Shown here piece after piece: positions 1 through 9,606 of a stretch of DNA of 64,000 bases; position 1 is the stretch's first letter, and each line of letters starts with the position of its first letter. The notes below the pieces were generated by a model. It did not search any database. It was not told where the DNA came from and was given only the letters and a program-made list of their open reading frames with translations. The position numbers and the translations under genes are program-made. Source of the DNA: an uncultured Gammaproteobacteria bacterium. GTDB taxonomy: Bacteria; Patescibacteriota; Microgenomatia; Curtissbacterales; GWA2-41-24. The stretch is from positions 6,682-70,681 of the forward strand of contig CAZBKB010000003.1 in NCBI GenBank assembly GCA_964492425.1, in the 5' to 3' direction.

Positions 1-204
1 GCTTCAAATGACAAAAAAGTTTTTGTTCTCTGGGCACAGTTGGAAAACGCCAACGACCCACAGATTTACACAAACAGCAGCGCTCTTTGCAATTCCAGCG
101 ACCCGGATTTCTCAACCAGTCCTTCAAACACCTCACCTTTCAAAGGACTAGACCAATTCGCAGGCAGCGGCTTTAACTATTGCGTCAAATCACCACCGCT
201 CTAG
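1..204 (+). CDS. 3' end of an unidentified CDS, partial. Frame 1 is open from the window edge to a TAG at 202-204.
   Basis: Open frame from position 1 translating ...NSSDPDFSTSPSNTSPFKGLDQFAGSGFNYCVKSPPL*. No start codon inside the window. No recognisable domain. Confidence 0.25.
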   Translation, partial: ASNDKKVFVLWAQLENANDPQIYTNSSALCNSSDPDFSTSPSNTSPFKGLDQFAGSGFNYCVKSPPL

Positions 205-364
205 CTACCTCCACTCCACTATAAGCCTAACACCCCCCCAATGCAAAGCCAGGCTTTGAAAGCTAAAATACCCGAGTTAAAAAAATATATAAATATACTA
301 TCAGTCTTTTATTATAGAGTGCACAAACCGTATGTGTTGATGATATAATTGTCTACGAACTTTT

Positions 365-435
365 ACGGGCGTCGTTCAACGGCAGGACAGCGGTCTCCAA
401 AACCGCTAATGAGGGTTCGATTCCTTCCGCCCGTG
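365..435 (+). tRNA. tRNA-Trp (anticodon CCA)
   Basis: Manual cloverleaf. Acceptor ACGGGCG/CGCCCGT (A1-U72). D-stem GTTC/GGAC. Anticodon stem GCGGT/ACCGC with loop CTCCAAA (U33, CCA, A37). Variable loop TAAT. T-arm GAGGG-TTCGATT-CCTTC. Discriminator G. 71 nt, no encoded CCA. Confidence 0.8.
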
Positions 436-441
436 CAAGGC

Positions 442-1398
442 CTATTTAGGTGCCACTCTCTGCTCAGGATGAAAATAAAGGATAGCGCTTGCAATCCCTC
501 TTATATTAAAAAGCGTTGTTTTATTTTGATTATTACTAGGATCTTCCAAGTCTTTGTTAATCTCAGCTTGGTCCAATACCTGAAAAACATTAAGTCCCTT
601 CTCTTTTATGTATTCTCTATAATCCCCAATTACATCACCGTGCAATGCTGCATATTGGTCAAGAACCCCCTGAACTCCTTTGGGGCCCTTATGCCAGCTC
701 CAAACCACAAAACCCTCGTTGTCACCGAAAATTTTAGCGCTCCTGTTAAGATAAGCGGCAACCACAGCAGCAGATTTATCATGATCTAACCTGTCATCAT
801 TTTGATCGTTAGTTATATTCATTCCAAACTCTCTTCCCACCGCTTCTGTTATCTGATAATCTCCCAATGCACCTGCATCTGTCATAAACTCAAGCCCACC
901 CAGTTTGCCTCCAAGCGATTCAGCACCAAGCAGAAGAACAAAATCCTCGCCAGGTATATGAGTATACTCAGAGATTTTTTTAATTGTACCCATCCTTTTA
1001 TCTATATTGTCATAAGATTCCTGAGTTAGCCGGTCTCTCATATCAGCTTTCACAACATTAATCTGAATCTTGAGTGTCTCTCTGTCTTTGCCTTCCAGGT
1101 GGGGGTAAAAAAGATCGATTATTTCCTCCTCTGAAAGTATTTGCTCGATAGGTGCAATTTCAACTTTACCCTGTGGAAGCTCCGAAATATTACTGAGCCT
1201 GTTAACTAAATCAACATATGCCTGCTGAGGATTATCTACAATTTCAACAACAGCCCTGGCACTTTCTGCAGGGTGTGCAGCAGCAACACCGCCACCAGTA
1301 GCAAGACCAATCGCAAGCACAGCCCGACCTGCTGGGATAAACCCTGATTTTCTTGGACGACTAACTCTTTTTTCTCCTGACTTCTCGTCCATAAACAT
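442..1398 (-). CDS. Secreted lytic transglycosylase-like protein (SLT domain)
   Basis: N-terminal hydrophobic segment. SLT signature: catalytic ES (..LGAESLGG..) followed by GALGDYQIT (GLMQ-type motif) and the AAYL motif. Confidence 0.65.
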   Translation of the reverse strand: MFMDEKSGEKRVSRPRKSGFIPAGRAVLAIGLATGGGVAAAHPAESARAVVEIVDNPQQAYVDLVNRLSNISELPQGKVEIAPIEQILSEEEIIDLFYPHLEGKDRETLKIQINVVKADMRDRLTQESYDNIDKRMGTIKKISEYTHIPGEDFVLLLGAESLGGKLGGLEFMTDAGALGDYQITEAVGREFGMNITNDQNDDRLDHDKSAAVVAAYLNRSAKIFGDNEGFVVWSWHKGPKGVQGVLDQYAALHGDVIGDYREYIKEKGLNVFQVLDQAEINKDLEDPSNNQNKTTLFNIRGIASAILYFHPEQRVAPK

Positions 1399-1447
1399 AT
1401 TCTAGCTTGAATCATCCTAAATTTGAAGGCATAATATAAAAATTCAT

Positions 1448-2533
1448 ATGGCAGATAGATTCGCGCAAGCTCACGAAATTCTAAAAACACGCCACCTAGA
1501 TTCACTTCTGGTCACCAACCCAACAAATATTTTTTACCTGACCGGTTTCAGGGGTGTTTCCCCCACAGAACGCGAGGCACTGCTTGTCGTCAAAAAGCCA
1601 AAAAACATTTTAATAACCGCCAAACTATACCAAGCGGAAGCTAAAAAAGTCGCGTCTAACAATCTGACAGTTAAAATCGCAGCTGAACGCAACGAATACG
1701 AAGACTTTATAAAAGAATCATTAAACGGCATAAAAAGGCTGGGGTTTGAACAGGATGACCTAAAATTTTCAGAATACAAAAAATTCAAAAAATACCATAA
1801 AGATGCAAAATTTATCCCGACGAACAACTTGATAGAAGACTTAAGATCCATAAAAAGCAATGACGAGATTCAATACATCACCCGCGCCCAGCTTATCACC
1901 CAAAAAGTTTTTAACGAAATCATCAAAACTATCAAGATTGGCCAAACCGAAGCCGAAATCGCACAGCGGCTCAAATCAATAACACACCATTTTACGCACC
2001 AAAGCCTGGCTTTCGAACCTATCGTAGCATCTGGACCTAATTCTGCACGTCCTCACTACACAACAGGGAAACGAAAAATAAAAAATGGGGACATTCTACT
2101 TTTCGATTTTGGCGCAACATACAAAAACTACTGTGCCGACTTCTCAAGAACAGTCTTCATTGGCAAGGCAAACAGCCAGCAGCAAAAAATCCACGAACTT
2201 GTCTTCAACTCCCAGCAAGCTGCCATCAAAACAATAAAAGGAGAAACCTTGGCCAAAAAAGTATTCGAGTCTTCCCACAAAGTTTTCCGCAAAGCTCGGC
2301 TCGATCGTTATTTCATCCACAGTCTGGGCCACGGTATCGGACTCGAAGTACACGAAAAACCTTCACTCTCACGAAAAAGCAAGGACACACTCAAACCCGG
2401 CATGGTCTTCTCAGTCGAACCAGGCCTTTACTTTCCCTGGGGCGGGGTAAGGATAGAAGATCTCGTATTGGTCTTGCAGCATAAAGGCAGTATTATAGGT
2501 AAAAGCGCCATCTTTATTGAGGTTAAACCTTAG
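1448..2533 (+). CDS. Xaa-Pro aminopeptidase/dipeptidase (M24B family)
   Basis: Creatinase-like N-terminal domain (LVTNPTNIFYLTGF). M24 metal-binding motifs (DFGATY, HGIGLEVHE, VEPGLY, RIED). Confidence 0.8.
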   Translation: MADRFAQAHEILKTRHLDSLLVTNPTNIFYLTGFRGVSPTEREALLVVKKPKNILITAKLYQAEAKKVASNNLTVKIAAERNEYEDFIKESLNGIKRLGFEQDDLKFSEYKKFKKYHKDAKFIPTNNLIEDLRSIKSNDEIQYITRAQLITQKVFNEIIKTIKIGQTEAEIAQRLKSITHHFTHQSLAFEPIVASGPNSARPHYTTGKRKIKNGDILLFDFGATYKNYCADFSRTVFIGKANSQQQKIHELVFNSQQAAIKTIKGETLAKKVFESSHKVFRKARLDRYFIHSLGHGIGLEVHEKPSLSRKSKDTLKPGMVFSVEPGLYFPWGGVRIEDLVLVLQHKGSIIGKSAIFIEVKP

Positions 2534-2548
2534 GTGTAAAATAAGTTT

Positions 2549-2944
2549 GTGAACAAAAAAACAATTTTTTCCATCATAGTCGCTGTCAGCCTTACAGCAT
2601 TATTAATATTCGCTTTCCTTGTATCCCACAACAAAGTATCTGCACCAACCACACAGCAAGAATCAACCCGGCAAGCGCAAACAAACAGCCCAAACTTTAA
2701 GGGTAATGAGGATGCATTTAAAAATGCCCTAAACCTTTACATCCAAAAAAAACAGGAAGGTGTAGATATGTCAACCGGTCCATGCCTTGGCAGGGTCGCT
2801 GACGATTGGGTTTTGGATATTGCCCACAACCCCAGACAAGCAGTCGACGACAGCGCAGAAAATCAGTGCCAGGATTTCAAAAACGGCAACGTGAAACATT
2901 TCATAGAGTTTGACCCAAATGGTGAACTAATTCGCTCCCAGTAA
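2549..2944 (+). CDS. Hypothetical membrane-anchored/secreted protein
   Basis: N-terminal TM helix (FSIIVAVSLTALLIFAFLV). No recognisable domain. Confidence 0.4.
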   Translation: MNKKTIFSIIVAVSLTALLIFAFLVSHNKVSAPTTQQESTRQAQTNSPNFKGNEDAFKNALNLYIQKKQEGVDMSTGPCLGRVADDWVLDIAHNPRQAVDDSAENQCQDFKNGNVKHFIEFDPNGELIRSQ

Positions 2945-2964
2945 CTTCTAATATTCGCCAAAGT

Positions 2965-3531
2965 ATGAGATTATTAATCGTGATGTTGCTGCTCTCCAAA
3001 AATCACAAAGGGTCAATTTTGATTCCCCTCATAATTTTGCTGCTGATATCCACAAGTGTGCTCTTACTCTCAAAGTTTCTCTCAACATCCCAAGCAAATG
3101 TCGAAACAGCGATTGATAGCCGATACCAAACGTCCCTTTCTGCCAAAATGGACCCTCCCAACAACTGGGTAAAAGCCGAAAATAAACGTTACAAATTCAG
3201 CATTTTCTACCCAAAACAATGGGTCGGGTCACTCAATCCAAAGCCACGAGGAAACGAGTTGTTTATACTTGAGAAATTCCTCTCAAATAAAATCAAATTG
3301 AAAGTGACGGTCATGTCCAAATATGAAATCCCTCAAGGCACAATAGCAATAAAATTCAATAAAAATACCTTTCACCTCCAAACTGACGAATCCGCCACTA
3401 AACTAGCCATACTACAAAACGGGGGATTTTATTACTTACTGGAACTCACCAATAACACTTATTTTGCCGAAGAATTAGACTTCAAGAGCACTTTCTTCCA
3501 GATACTTAAAAAATTCGAAGAACTGGAATAG
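2965..3531 (+). CDS. Hypothetical membrane-anchored protein
   Basis: N-terminal TM segment (IPLIILLLISTSVLLL). No recognisable domain. Confidence 0.4.
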   Translation: MRLLIVMLLLSKNHKGSILIPLIILLLISTSVLLLSKFLSTSQANVETAIDSRYQTSLSAKMDPPNNWVKAENKRYKFSIFYPKQWVGSLNPKPRGNELFILEKFLSNKIKLKVTVMSKYEIPQGTIAIKFNKNTFHLQTDESATKLAILQNGGFYYLLELTNNTYFAEELDFKSTFFQILKKFEELE

Positions 3532-3539
3532 TACAAAAT

Positions 3540-3809
3540 TTACTGCCTGGGTCCATTATCGGCTTTAGGTCTTGCTTCGGAAACATACATTTTTCTGCCT
3601 TCAACCTCTGTTTCATTAATTTCCGCAATTGCTTTCTTTGCGTCATCCTCAGTCTTCATTTCAACAAAACCAAAGCCTCTCGACCTTCCTGTTTGCTTAT
3701 CCATCACAACATTGGCATCAACAACTTCTCCAACTTTCGCAAAAACTGCACGCAAGCCGTCTGAAGTCATAGAATATGACAAGTTGCCAACAAATAATTT
3801 AGTACTCAA
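3540..3809 (-). CDS. RNA-binding protein with a single RRM domain
   Basis: RNP-2 LFVGNL and RNP-1 RGFGFVEM motifs. 89 aa. Confidence 0.8.
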   Translation of the reverse strand: MSTKLFVGNLSYSMTSDGLRAVFAKVGEVVDANVVMDKQTGRSRGFGFVEMKTEDDAKKAIAEINETEVEGRKMYVSEARPKADNGPRQ

Positions 3810-3988
3810 TTAAATCACGCTCCTTTCATCAATAACTTTGGGATAACATTAATAATTCAAGAAGATTATACTTGCGCCGCTCAACTTTCTAAAATTATTT
3901 TAACTAAATCCATTACTATTAGTCAATACCGTTTTACCACTTGTAAAATTTCGGTAACTAGGTTTAAATCAACCCAAAGTCTGCTTTA

Positions 3989-4336
3989 GTGGAAAATGTA
4001 AAAAATACTTCACTAGTTATATCTACAAAAAATGTGCTCACAATTAGGGCAAATATTTCTTTTAAAAAAATTCTCAAAAAAATTTACAAAAATAAAAAAG
4101 CGGATATCGTCATACTGGAAAAAGCAAAGTCCAACCAAATGGCGGCTATCCTACTATCTCGTCTCATGGGCAAGAAGTTCATTTGGGCACAATGTTTTTC
4201 CAATCCGCCAACTCCTAACTTTCCGGCCAAACTACTGATGAATCAAGCGGATACCATAATTGTCGCTTCCAAAAAATCGGCTGCCAAACTTCACTCGTTT
4301 GGTATCGACAAACCCAAGATTAGAATTAGGAAATAA
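3989..4336 (+). pseudogene. Possible truncated fragment of a GT4-like glycosyltransferase (N-terminal half only)
   Basis: Weak resemblance to the GT4 N-domain (ADIVILEK..AAILLSRLMGKKFIW ... ADTIIVASKKSAAKL). Only 115 aa, in an AT-rich region, with the overlapping ORF 4032..4238. Could also be noncoding. Confidence 0.2.
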
Positions 4337-4343
4337 TTTTAAA

Positions 4344-4736
4344 TTAACCCAAAACTACCCACGGCCTCAAATCCTTCTTCTTAATAACCGGCGCAATGAT
4401 AAACTTTGTAGCAGATTTGATAAACATCAGTGTCACAAAATTCACCTTCTCATGCTCATTCCAAAACCCGACCGGCACCCCAAGGTCATCACCGTAGGTC
4501 TTCTTAATAAGTTCTACCTCCTCAACTCTCGGATGGTCAAAATAGAAAACCCGATCAACTATAAATTGACCCACTATTTTTTCGCCGGGCACTTTTAAAA
4601 GCACCACATCCCCTGCCGCAACTTTACCGAAAGGATCAATCTTAATCTTAGAAAATCTTCCCTCTATCCTCTTACGGCCGCTAAACATCGCCTCAATTGC
4701 CTCACTTTTCAAAATAGCCAGATGCTTACCCATCAC
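4344..4736 (-). CDS. ASCH (PUA-like) domain protein
   Basis: Pattern HLAILKSEAIEAMFSGRKRIEGRF...GDVVLLK typical of ASCH domains. 130 aa. Confidence 0.45.
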   Translation of the reverse strand: MMGKHLAILKSEAIEAMFSGRKRIEGRFSKIKIDPFGKVAAGDVVLLKVPGEKIVGQFIVDRVFYFDHPRVEEVELIKKTYGDDLGVPVGFWNEHEKVNFVTLMFIKSATKFIIAPVIKKKDLRPWVVLG

Positions 4737-4784
4737 AGGGATTTTAATCCATTTGACAAAAAGATTCTATGCATCAGTAAAATG

Positions 4785-5669
4785 TTAGAACTCCAAACTT
4801 TTGAGGTAATCCCGCAACTCATCACCTATATCATCGCGCAAAAGACCATAATCTATAACAGTTTTCAAGTACCCAATTCTACTCCCGCAATCGTAATATT
4901 TGCCATTTTCAATCTCAATCGCATGAACCTTTTTACCATCCGAAATCATATTATTAACGCCATCTACATAGTAAAGTTCTTCTCCTTTGTCTATGGTGGT
5001 AGGCATCGCCCGCTCCAGTGCCTCAAATATATCCGGTGTAAATAAAAAACCGGATACTACAGCCAGATCACTCGGTGCCCTCTCCACTCCGGGTTTTTCA
5101 ATAAAAGTCTCAACATCAATAACTCCATTTGCAACCTCACGGCCCCCAACATATCCATACTTCTTTTTATCATCAGCATCCGGCCGCACAATACCAGACA
5201 AGATTGAAGTTCCATATTTTTCATAAGCTGTAATCATCTGCTTTGTCCTCGATGGTTTTGCCGCTACAAAATCATCTCCCCACAACATTACTACCGGCTC
5301 ATCCCCAACAATTTCGCGAGCCACCAGCAGCGCGTGACCGTTACCGAGTGCTTCTTTCTGTCTAACATACACAAAGTTGGCCAGTTCCGAAATTCTTCTT
5401 ACTTCCTCAAGCATTTGAGTTTTTCCGTCTTTTTCCAGTCTCGCCTCAAGCTCAAAATGCTTATCAAAATGATCCTCTATCGCCCGCTTGTGCCACCCAG
5501 TCACCAGAATTATCTGCTCTATACCTGCTTCTATCGCTTCCTCAACAACATATTGAATAATAGGCTTGTCAACCACAGGCAGCATCTCTTTGGGCATTGC
5601 CTTGGTTGCCGGCAAAAACCTCGTCCCAAACCCCGCCGCAGGAATTACTGCTTTCCTCACCTTTTTCAT
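4785..5669 (-). CDS. galU: UTP--glucose-1-phosphate uridylyltransferase
   Basis: N-terminal VIPAAGFGTRFLPATKAMPKEMLPVVDKPIIQY nucleotidyltransferase motif. Length 294 aa. Confidence 0.85.
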   Translation of the reverse strand: MKKVRKAVIPAAGFGTRFLPATKAMPKEMLPVVDKPIIQYVVEEAIEAGIEQIILVTGWHKRAIEDHFDKHFELEARLEKDGKTQMLEEVRRISELANFVYVRQKEALGNGHALLVAREIVGDEPVVMLWGDDFVAAKPSRTKQMITAYEKYGTSILSGIVRPDADDKKKYGYVGGREVANGVIDVETFIEKPGVERAPSDLAVVSGFLFTPDIFEALERAMPTTIDKGEELYYVDGVNNMISDGKKVHAIEIENGKYYDCGSRIGYLKTVIDYGLLRDDIGDELRDYLKSLEF

Positions 5670-5782
5670 TAGTACAAGAAATTATCTCCCAAAAACTATC
5701 CTAAATCAACTTATTTATTGCTTATTACTAATTGCTTTTGGTATCATAACCAACAACCTTTGACAAAAAGGAGAGTTGTTTA

Positions 5783-5974
5783 GTGGTATTTAACCCTTTA
5801 GAGTACGTAAAAGAATCAAGGGCCGAACTGGAAAAAGTAGTTTGGCCAACAAAAACAGAGACCATCAAGTTAACTGTCTTAGTTCTCATAGTCTCTGTAT
5901 TAGTGGGTGCTTACATCGCAGGGCTCGATACACTTTTTACACTGCTGGTTGAAAGATTTCTACAGAAAGGATAA
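5783..5974 (+). CDS. secE: Preprotein translocase subunit SecE
   Basis: 63 aa with a single C-terminal TM. ELEKVVWPTK motif. Sits immediately upstream of nusG. Confidence 0.8.
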   Translation: MVFNPLEYVKESRAELEKVVWPTKTETIKLTVLVLIVSVLVGAYIAGLDTLFTLLVERFLQKG

Positions 5975-5977
5975 CAA

Positions 5978-6712
5978 GTGGACGACAGTCAAAAAAATAT
6001 AAAAAGCACGGAAGAAAAATCAAAAAAGACGGAAAAATCCGAAAATTCTGACCGAGGCGACAAAACCGCATCAACTATACCGTCAGAAGTCATAGATCAG
6101 TCCAAAAATACAGACAATACTAATGTTATCAATCAGGTCGATGATAATGAAAAATCCAAACCCCGCCCAGTAGACACTCCACCATTAAAAGGTGCCCACT
6201 GGTATGTTGTCCATACATATTCAGGCCACGAAGCAAAAGTCGCCGCAACTTTAAAACAACGGATTGAATCCCAAAAACTCAGCGACAAAATACTCGACAT
6301 TCTGGTTCCAACACAAGACAAAATAGAAATTAAAGAAGGCAAAAAATCTACAGTCAAAGAAAAGATTTTTCCCGGCTACTTACTTATTAATATGGTACTG
6401 GACGATAACACCTGGCTTGCGGTAAGAACCACACCGGGAATCACCGGCTTTATCGGCACTGCAAACAAACCGACACCACTTCCTGAGGCAGAAGTAGAAA
6501 CAATCAAACGCTTCATGAACTTGGAAGCTCCAAAGTTCAAGACGGCTTTCTCGCAGGGCGAAGCCGTAAAAATTACCGATGGACCCTTTGCCGAATTCTT
6601 GGGAACAATTTCTGAAATAGATGAAGAAAAAGGCAAACTTAAAATACTAGTTTCTATCTTCGGGCGCGAAACACCTGTTGAGCTTGATTTTCTACAAGTT
6701 GCAAAACTTTAA
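5978..6712 (+). CDS. nusG: Transcription antitermination factor NusG with a K/E/D-rich N-terminal extension of about 70 aa
   Basis: NGN domain ([15 protein letters not shown]) and C-terminal KOW ([22 protein letters not shown]). Conserved position secE-nusG-rplK. Confidence 0.9.
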   Translation: MDDSQKNIKSTEEKSKKTEKSENSDRGDKTASTIPSEVIDQSKNTDNTNVINQVDDNEKSKPRPVDTPPLKGAHWYVVHTYSGHEAKVAATLKQRIESQKLSDKILDILVPTQDKIEIKEGKKSTVKEKIFPGYLLINMVLDDNTWLAVRTTPGITGFIGTANKPTPLPEAEVETIKRFMNLEAPKFKTAFSQGEAVKITDGPFAEFLGTISEIDEEKGKLKILVSIFGRETPVELDFLQVAKL

Positions 6713-6713
6713 T

Positions 6714-6992
6714 ATGGAAACCTTAAGAATCGCAGATAAAGTTTTGACAGTCTCGCAAGTTGCAGAAAAAATCCATATCGCTGCAGCCGATTTATCAGCC
6801 CTTGTGGATGCAGGAGTATCTCATAAAAAAGTCATGCCGCAAGCAATAATGGTGACACACGCAGCAATAAAAGTTGCAGAAAAAATAGACGGAATAACCG
6901 CCGAAATAGAAGACGCAGCACGTGACCTGCAAAATACGGTAGACAAAAAGGTCCAAAGGGGTAAAAGAATAGAGATAAGAATAGTAAAATAA
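6714..6992 (+). CDS. Hypothetical small protein between nusG and rplK
   Basis: The ATG at 6714 lies just after the nusG stop. The listed ORF 6678..6992 overlaps nusG in another frame. No recognisable domain. Confidence 0.35.
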   Translation: METLRIADKVLTVSQVAEKIHIAAADLSALVDAGVSHKKVMPQAIMVTHAAIKVAEKIDGITAEIEDAARDLQNTVDKKVQRGKRIEIRIVK

Positions 6993-6996
6993 AGAT

Positions 6997-7887
6997 GTGC
7001 CCAACATCAATAAAATCAAGCGCACGATAAAAAGGAATCGCTTAAAAATATTACTACTCGCCATTGCAGTCAGTACCATCACCTTCTTCTCATTAAATGA
7101 AATCTCACCAAACCAAATTGCCACAGAGCAAAATAAAACGCCATCTCCTAACCCAAACCAAATAACCACAATTACCGAACCTGATTCAAATATCCAAAAT
7201 CTTCTGCAAACAGAAATTCAACAACTTACAGGCACTTACAATATTGTCATAAAAGACCTAAAAACAAACCAGATTTACTCCATAGGACAAAACCAAAAAA
7301 TCCCCAGCGCCAGTATTTATAAACTTGCCGTTATGTACAAGGCTTTCGATGCGTTAGAAAAAGGAGAACTAAAAAAAAATCAGATTCTCTCAAACGGCCT
7401 AACTGTTGAAAAAGCACTGGAGCAAATGATAACTATATCCGATAACGAATCCGCCCTCATATTGGCAGAAAAACTAGGCTGGAAAAACATAAACTATTTT
7501 CTTCAAAGTGAAGGGGTTACAGGTTTTAACCTGATGATTAAAGATTACCCAGAAACAACTGCCAGGGCCACCGCAGATCTCCTTGAGAGAATTTACAGAA
7601 AAACCGCAGTCTCCGCCCAAGCATCGCGTGAAATGCTAGAACTACTGCTTGCTCAGCAAAAAAATGACCGAATCCCATCCCTTCTGCCACCAAATATCAA
7701 AGTAGCACATAAAACCGGAGAATTGGACAACTTCCGCCATGATGCCGGCATTGTCTTTGGCAAAAGAAGTGATTACATATTTGTATTTTTAACAGAAACA
7801 CCAGTCCCCGAAGATGCATACACAAACATTGCCAATCTCTCAAAAACCACGTTCGATGCACTGGAAAATCCCAATACCTTGAAATAA
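6997..7887 (+). CDS. Class A beta-lactamase-like serine hydrolase (membrane-anchored/secreted)
   Basis: N-terminal TM. SxxK (SASIYK), SDN (ISDNES) and KTG (HKTGEL) motifs in the canonical order and spacing. Confidence 0.65.
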   Translation: MPNINKIKRTIKRNRLKILLLAIAVSTITFFSLNEISPNQIATEQNKTPSPNPNQITTITEPDSNIQNLLQTEIQQLTGTYNIVIKDLKTNQIYSIGQNQKIPSASIYKLAVMYKAFDALEKGELKKNQILSNGLTVEKALEQMITISDNESALILAEKLGWKNINYFLQSEGVTGFNLMIKDYPETTARATADLLERIYRKTAVSAQASREMLELLLAQQKNDRIPSLLPPNIKVAHKTGELDNFRHDAGIVFGKRSDYIFVFLTETPVPEDAYTNIANLSKTTFDALENPNTLK

Positions 7888-8005
7888 AGTCAGCATTTAG
7901 CGTATACTTTCAACTTAATTGTTAGATTGTTGCATTGCAACTCCGAGCTAGATAGACACTCTCAATATAACGATTTATCAATAAAACAATATAACTATCT
8001 AATCC

Positions 8006-8431
8006 ATGACAAAAAAAGTTAAAACCTTCATTAAGTTAACCCTCAAAGGCGGACAAGCAACTGCCGCCCCCCCAGTTGGAACGGCACTCTCACCTCAAGG
8101 TATACCTATAATGGACTTTGTCAAAGCTTTTAACGACAAAACAAAAGATCAAATGGGGACTCCCCTGCCTGTTGTAATTACAGTTTTTGAAGACAGGACT
8201 TTCGCTTTTATTGTAAAAAAACCTCCTGTTGCAGTCCTTATTAAAAAAGCTCTGAACATTGAAAAAGGTGCCCAAACTACAAGCAAGCAGACTGTTGGCA
8301 AACTATCAATCAACCAGGTAAAAAAAATCGCTGAAGAAAAAATGCCGGACTTAAACACCAAAAACATAGATGCTGCAACAAGAATAGTCCAAGGAACCGC
8401 AAGATCCATGGGGGTAGAAACCGAAATTTAA
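8006..8431 (+). CDS. rplK: 50S ribosomal protein L11
   Basis: MTKKVKTFIKLTLKGGQATAAPPVGTALSPQGI... signature. 141 aa. Confidence 0.9.
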   Translation: MTKKVKTFIKLTLKGGQATAAPPVGTALSPQGIPIMDFVKAFNDKTKDQMGTPLPVVITVFEDRTFAFIVKKPPVAVLIKKALNIEKGAQTTSKQTVGKLSINQVKKIAEEKMPDLNTKNIDAATRIVQGTARSMGVETEI

Positions 8432-8463
8432 AATTTCAAATTTAAAATTAAAAATTAATTAAT

Positions 8464-9435
8464 ATGGGCACCACTCGCATAAAAGTTATCGATCTTTCTT
8501 CAAGTCAGCAGGAAATTAAAACTGCAAGAAAGCACGCGGAAAAACTTTCTGGCGCAGTAAAAATTAAAAAGGATAAAACGAAAGCAGAAACAATACCTGC
8601 AAGCGAAATTCCAACCCAGGAAATACAAGCGACCTTGGCCCAAACACAAGAAATGCCGGTTGAACAAAAAGACTCAATCCCCGACACAAAAGTAAAGGAG
8701 GGAAAAAATCAACCAACCCCAATAGTTAAAAAAACAAAAGAGTCACCGCTCAAAAAACACGCACGCCACAAGGGCGCAAAATACCAAAAGGCAGCAGCTT
8801 TAATAGAGCCAAAAGACTATTCTCCAAAGGAAGCTTTCAAACTGCTACCCATGACATCTTTCACCAAATTCGACCCAACAGTGGAGGTACACCTGGGCCT
8901 TTCTGAAAAAAATATCAAAGTTACAGTCAATATGCCCCATTTTAAGGAAAAAAAGGACCATCACCCAAAATACTTAATTTTTGCCGACCAAAAAACTCTC
9001 CCCAAAGAAGCACAAGTAATCTGGGGTAATGAAAAAACAATTGCTGAGGTAGAAAAAGGATCCCTCAAAGCCGGTCGTGATTTTACAGAAGTTATTGCAT
9101 CTCCACAATACATGCCAAAACTTGCAAAAATCGCCAAAATCCTTGGACCAAAAGGTTTAATGCCAAACCCCAAAAACGAAACTGTTTCAGAAAATGTTGA
9201 AAAATTTTTCGATGGGTCTGCAAGTTTAGCCGGAACAACCGTAAAAACCGATCCAACAGCTCCAGTTATTCACACGAAAATCGGTAAACTTTCCCAGAAA
9301 ACAACCGAACTGGAAGCCAACTTCAAAGCACTCATAACTGCAATCGGCACCACAAAAATTAAAAAAGCAACGCTTACAACCTCGATGGGCCCACCAATCA
9401 GACTCGACCCTAATAAATTAACCGCTGCCCAATAG
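8464..9435 (+). CDS. rplA: 50S ribosomal protein L1 with an N-terminal K/E/T-rich extension of about 95 aa
   Basis: The L1 core begins near KHARHKGAKYQKAAALIEPKDYSPKEAFKLL...FDPTVEVHLGL. No Met is near the core start, so the extension appears to be translated. Confidence 0.85.
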   Translation: MGTTRIKVIDLSSSQQEIKTARKHAEKLSGAVKIKKDKTKAETIPASEIPTQEIQATLAQTQEMPVEQKDSIPDTKVKEGKNQPTPIVKKTKESPLKKHARHKGAKYQKAAALIEPKDYSPKEAFKLLPMTSFTKFDPTVEVHLGLSEKNIKVTVNMPHFKEKKDHHPKYLIFADQKTLPKEAQVIWGNEKTIAEVEKGSLKAGRDFTEVIASPQYMPKLAKIAKILGPKGLMPNPKNETVSENVEKFFDGSASLAGTTVKTDPTAPVIHTKIGKLSQKTTELEANFKALITAIGTTKIKKATLTTSMGPPIRLDPNKLTAAQ

Positions 9436-9537
9436 CCCAACGCCTACTTGTCCTACATCTACCGAAGTATCAATCTTGGAAATTTATAAAGCCACATAAA
9501 CAAGAAATTACCTAATTAATTACCCCAGCCACGACAC

Positions 9538-9567
9538 TTGACAACCCCCCCCCCACAATGATAGACT
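9538..9567 (+). promoter_or_regulatory. Sigma70-like promoter candidate for the inserted operon: TTGACA - 18 nt spacer containing C10 - TAGACT
   Basis: TTGACA at 9538-9543, TAGACT at 9562-9567, about 40 nt upstream of the 9607 start. The spacer contains a 10-nt homopolymeric C run in an otherwise low-GC genome. Confidence 0.4.
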
Positions 9568-9606
9568 ATGGGTCTTGAATTTCTGCCCAAATTTTTATAG
9601 GTAAAA

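Noticed and set aside
349-789. 146-aa plus-strand ORF spanning the tRNA-Trp and running antisense to the SLT gene
   Set aside because: It contains the tRNA sequence itself. The SLT gene on the opposite strand has conserved catalytic motifs.
1236-1505. 89-aa minus-strand ORF overlapping the SLT gene start and the pepP start
   Set aside because: Overlaps two well-supported genes. Leu-rich antisense composition.
9544-9554. C10 tract as a genuine phase-variation site
   Set aside because: Not fully rejected, but it could equally be a homopolymer sequencing or assembly artefact. Reported with that caveat.
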